Below, one piece after another: positions 63,880-64,000 of a stretch of DNA of 64,000 nucleotides. The DNA lies in NCBI RefSeq assembly GCF_001194135.2, contig NC_068984.1, positions 87,292,152 to 87,356,151 on the forward strand, in the 5' to 3' direction. The translations under genes and the position numbers were made by a program. The notes below the pieces were generated by a model. The model had not been told where the DNA came from, ran no database searches, and saw only the letters and a program-made list of their open reading frames with translations. Source of the stretch: Octopus bimaculoides (taxonomy: Eukaryota). Each line of letters starts with the position of its first letter. The stretch's first letter is position 1.

Positions 63880-64000
63880 GTTGTCTGTAGTTGTCCCTTT
63901 ACTTTGCTGGTAAATACTTTGTCATGTCTGTCCCAAACAACTATATCCGGTCAGTTATGTTATGTAAGTATTCATAACAGGGTAGTGCTCTATATTTTTC
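63880..64000 (-). mobile_element. RLE-type LINE fragment related to 2720-3490
   Basis: Minus strand PDIVVWDRHDKVF; nucleotide similarity to about 2973-3095. Confidence 0.6.

Overview
AT-rich, repeat-dense eukaryotic genomic DNA with 15 N-gaps. The SINE, microsatellite and LINE content looks like an octopus (cephalopod) draft assembly; that assignment is an inference. Two spliced protein-coding genes converge. (1) A complete SLC16/monocarboxylate-transporter-family gene on + with five coding exons (436-694, 5129-5272, 8780-9712, 24278-24403, 28152-28381; 563 aa), whose first intron within the CDS has a GC donor. (2) A divergent two-exon Mss4/RABIF-like zinc protein gene on - (55579-55475 joined to 44881-44423; 187 aa) that the ORF track does not show as one protein. 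The rest is mostly transposon debris: tRNA-derived and RTE-tailed SINEs, RTE, R4/Dong-like and Tx1-like LINE fragments, a Tc1 element, piggyBac derivatives, a hAT MITE, a deleted Helitron, Penelope-like ends and a SAP-SWIM pseudo-ORF. The most unusual item is an internally deleted Ty3/gypsy (CsRn1-like) LTR element at 58205-60373. It has a perfect 4-bp TSD, TG..TA LTR termini and a triplicated, over-long tRNA-Trp(CCA-tailed) primer-binding site that decays with distance from the LTR. No database searches were run; all family calls rest on motif recognition.
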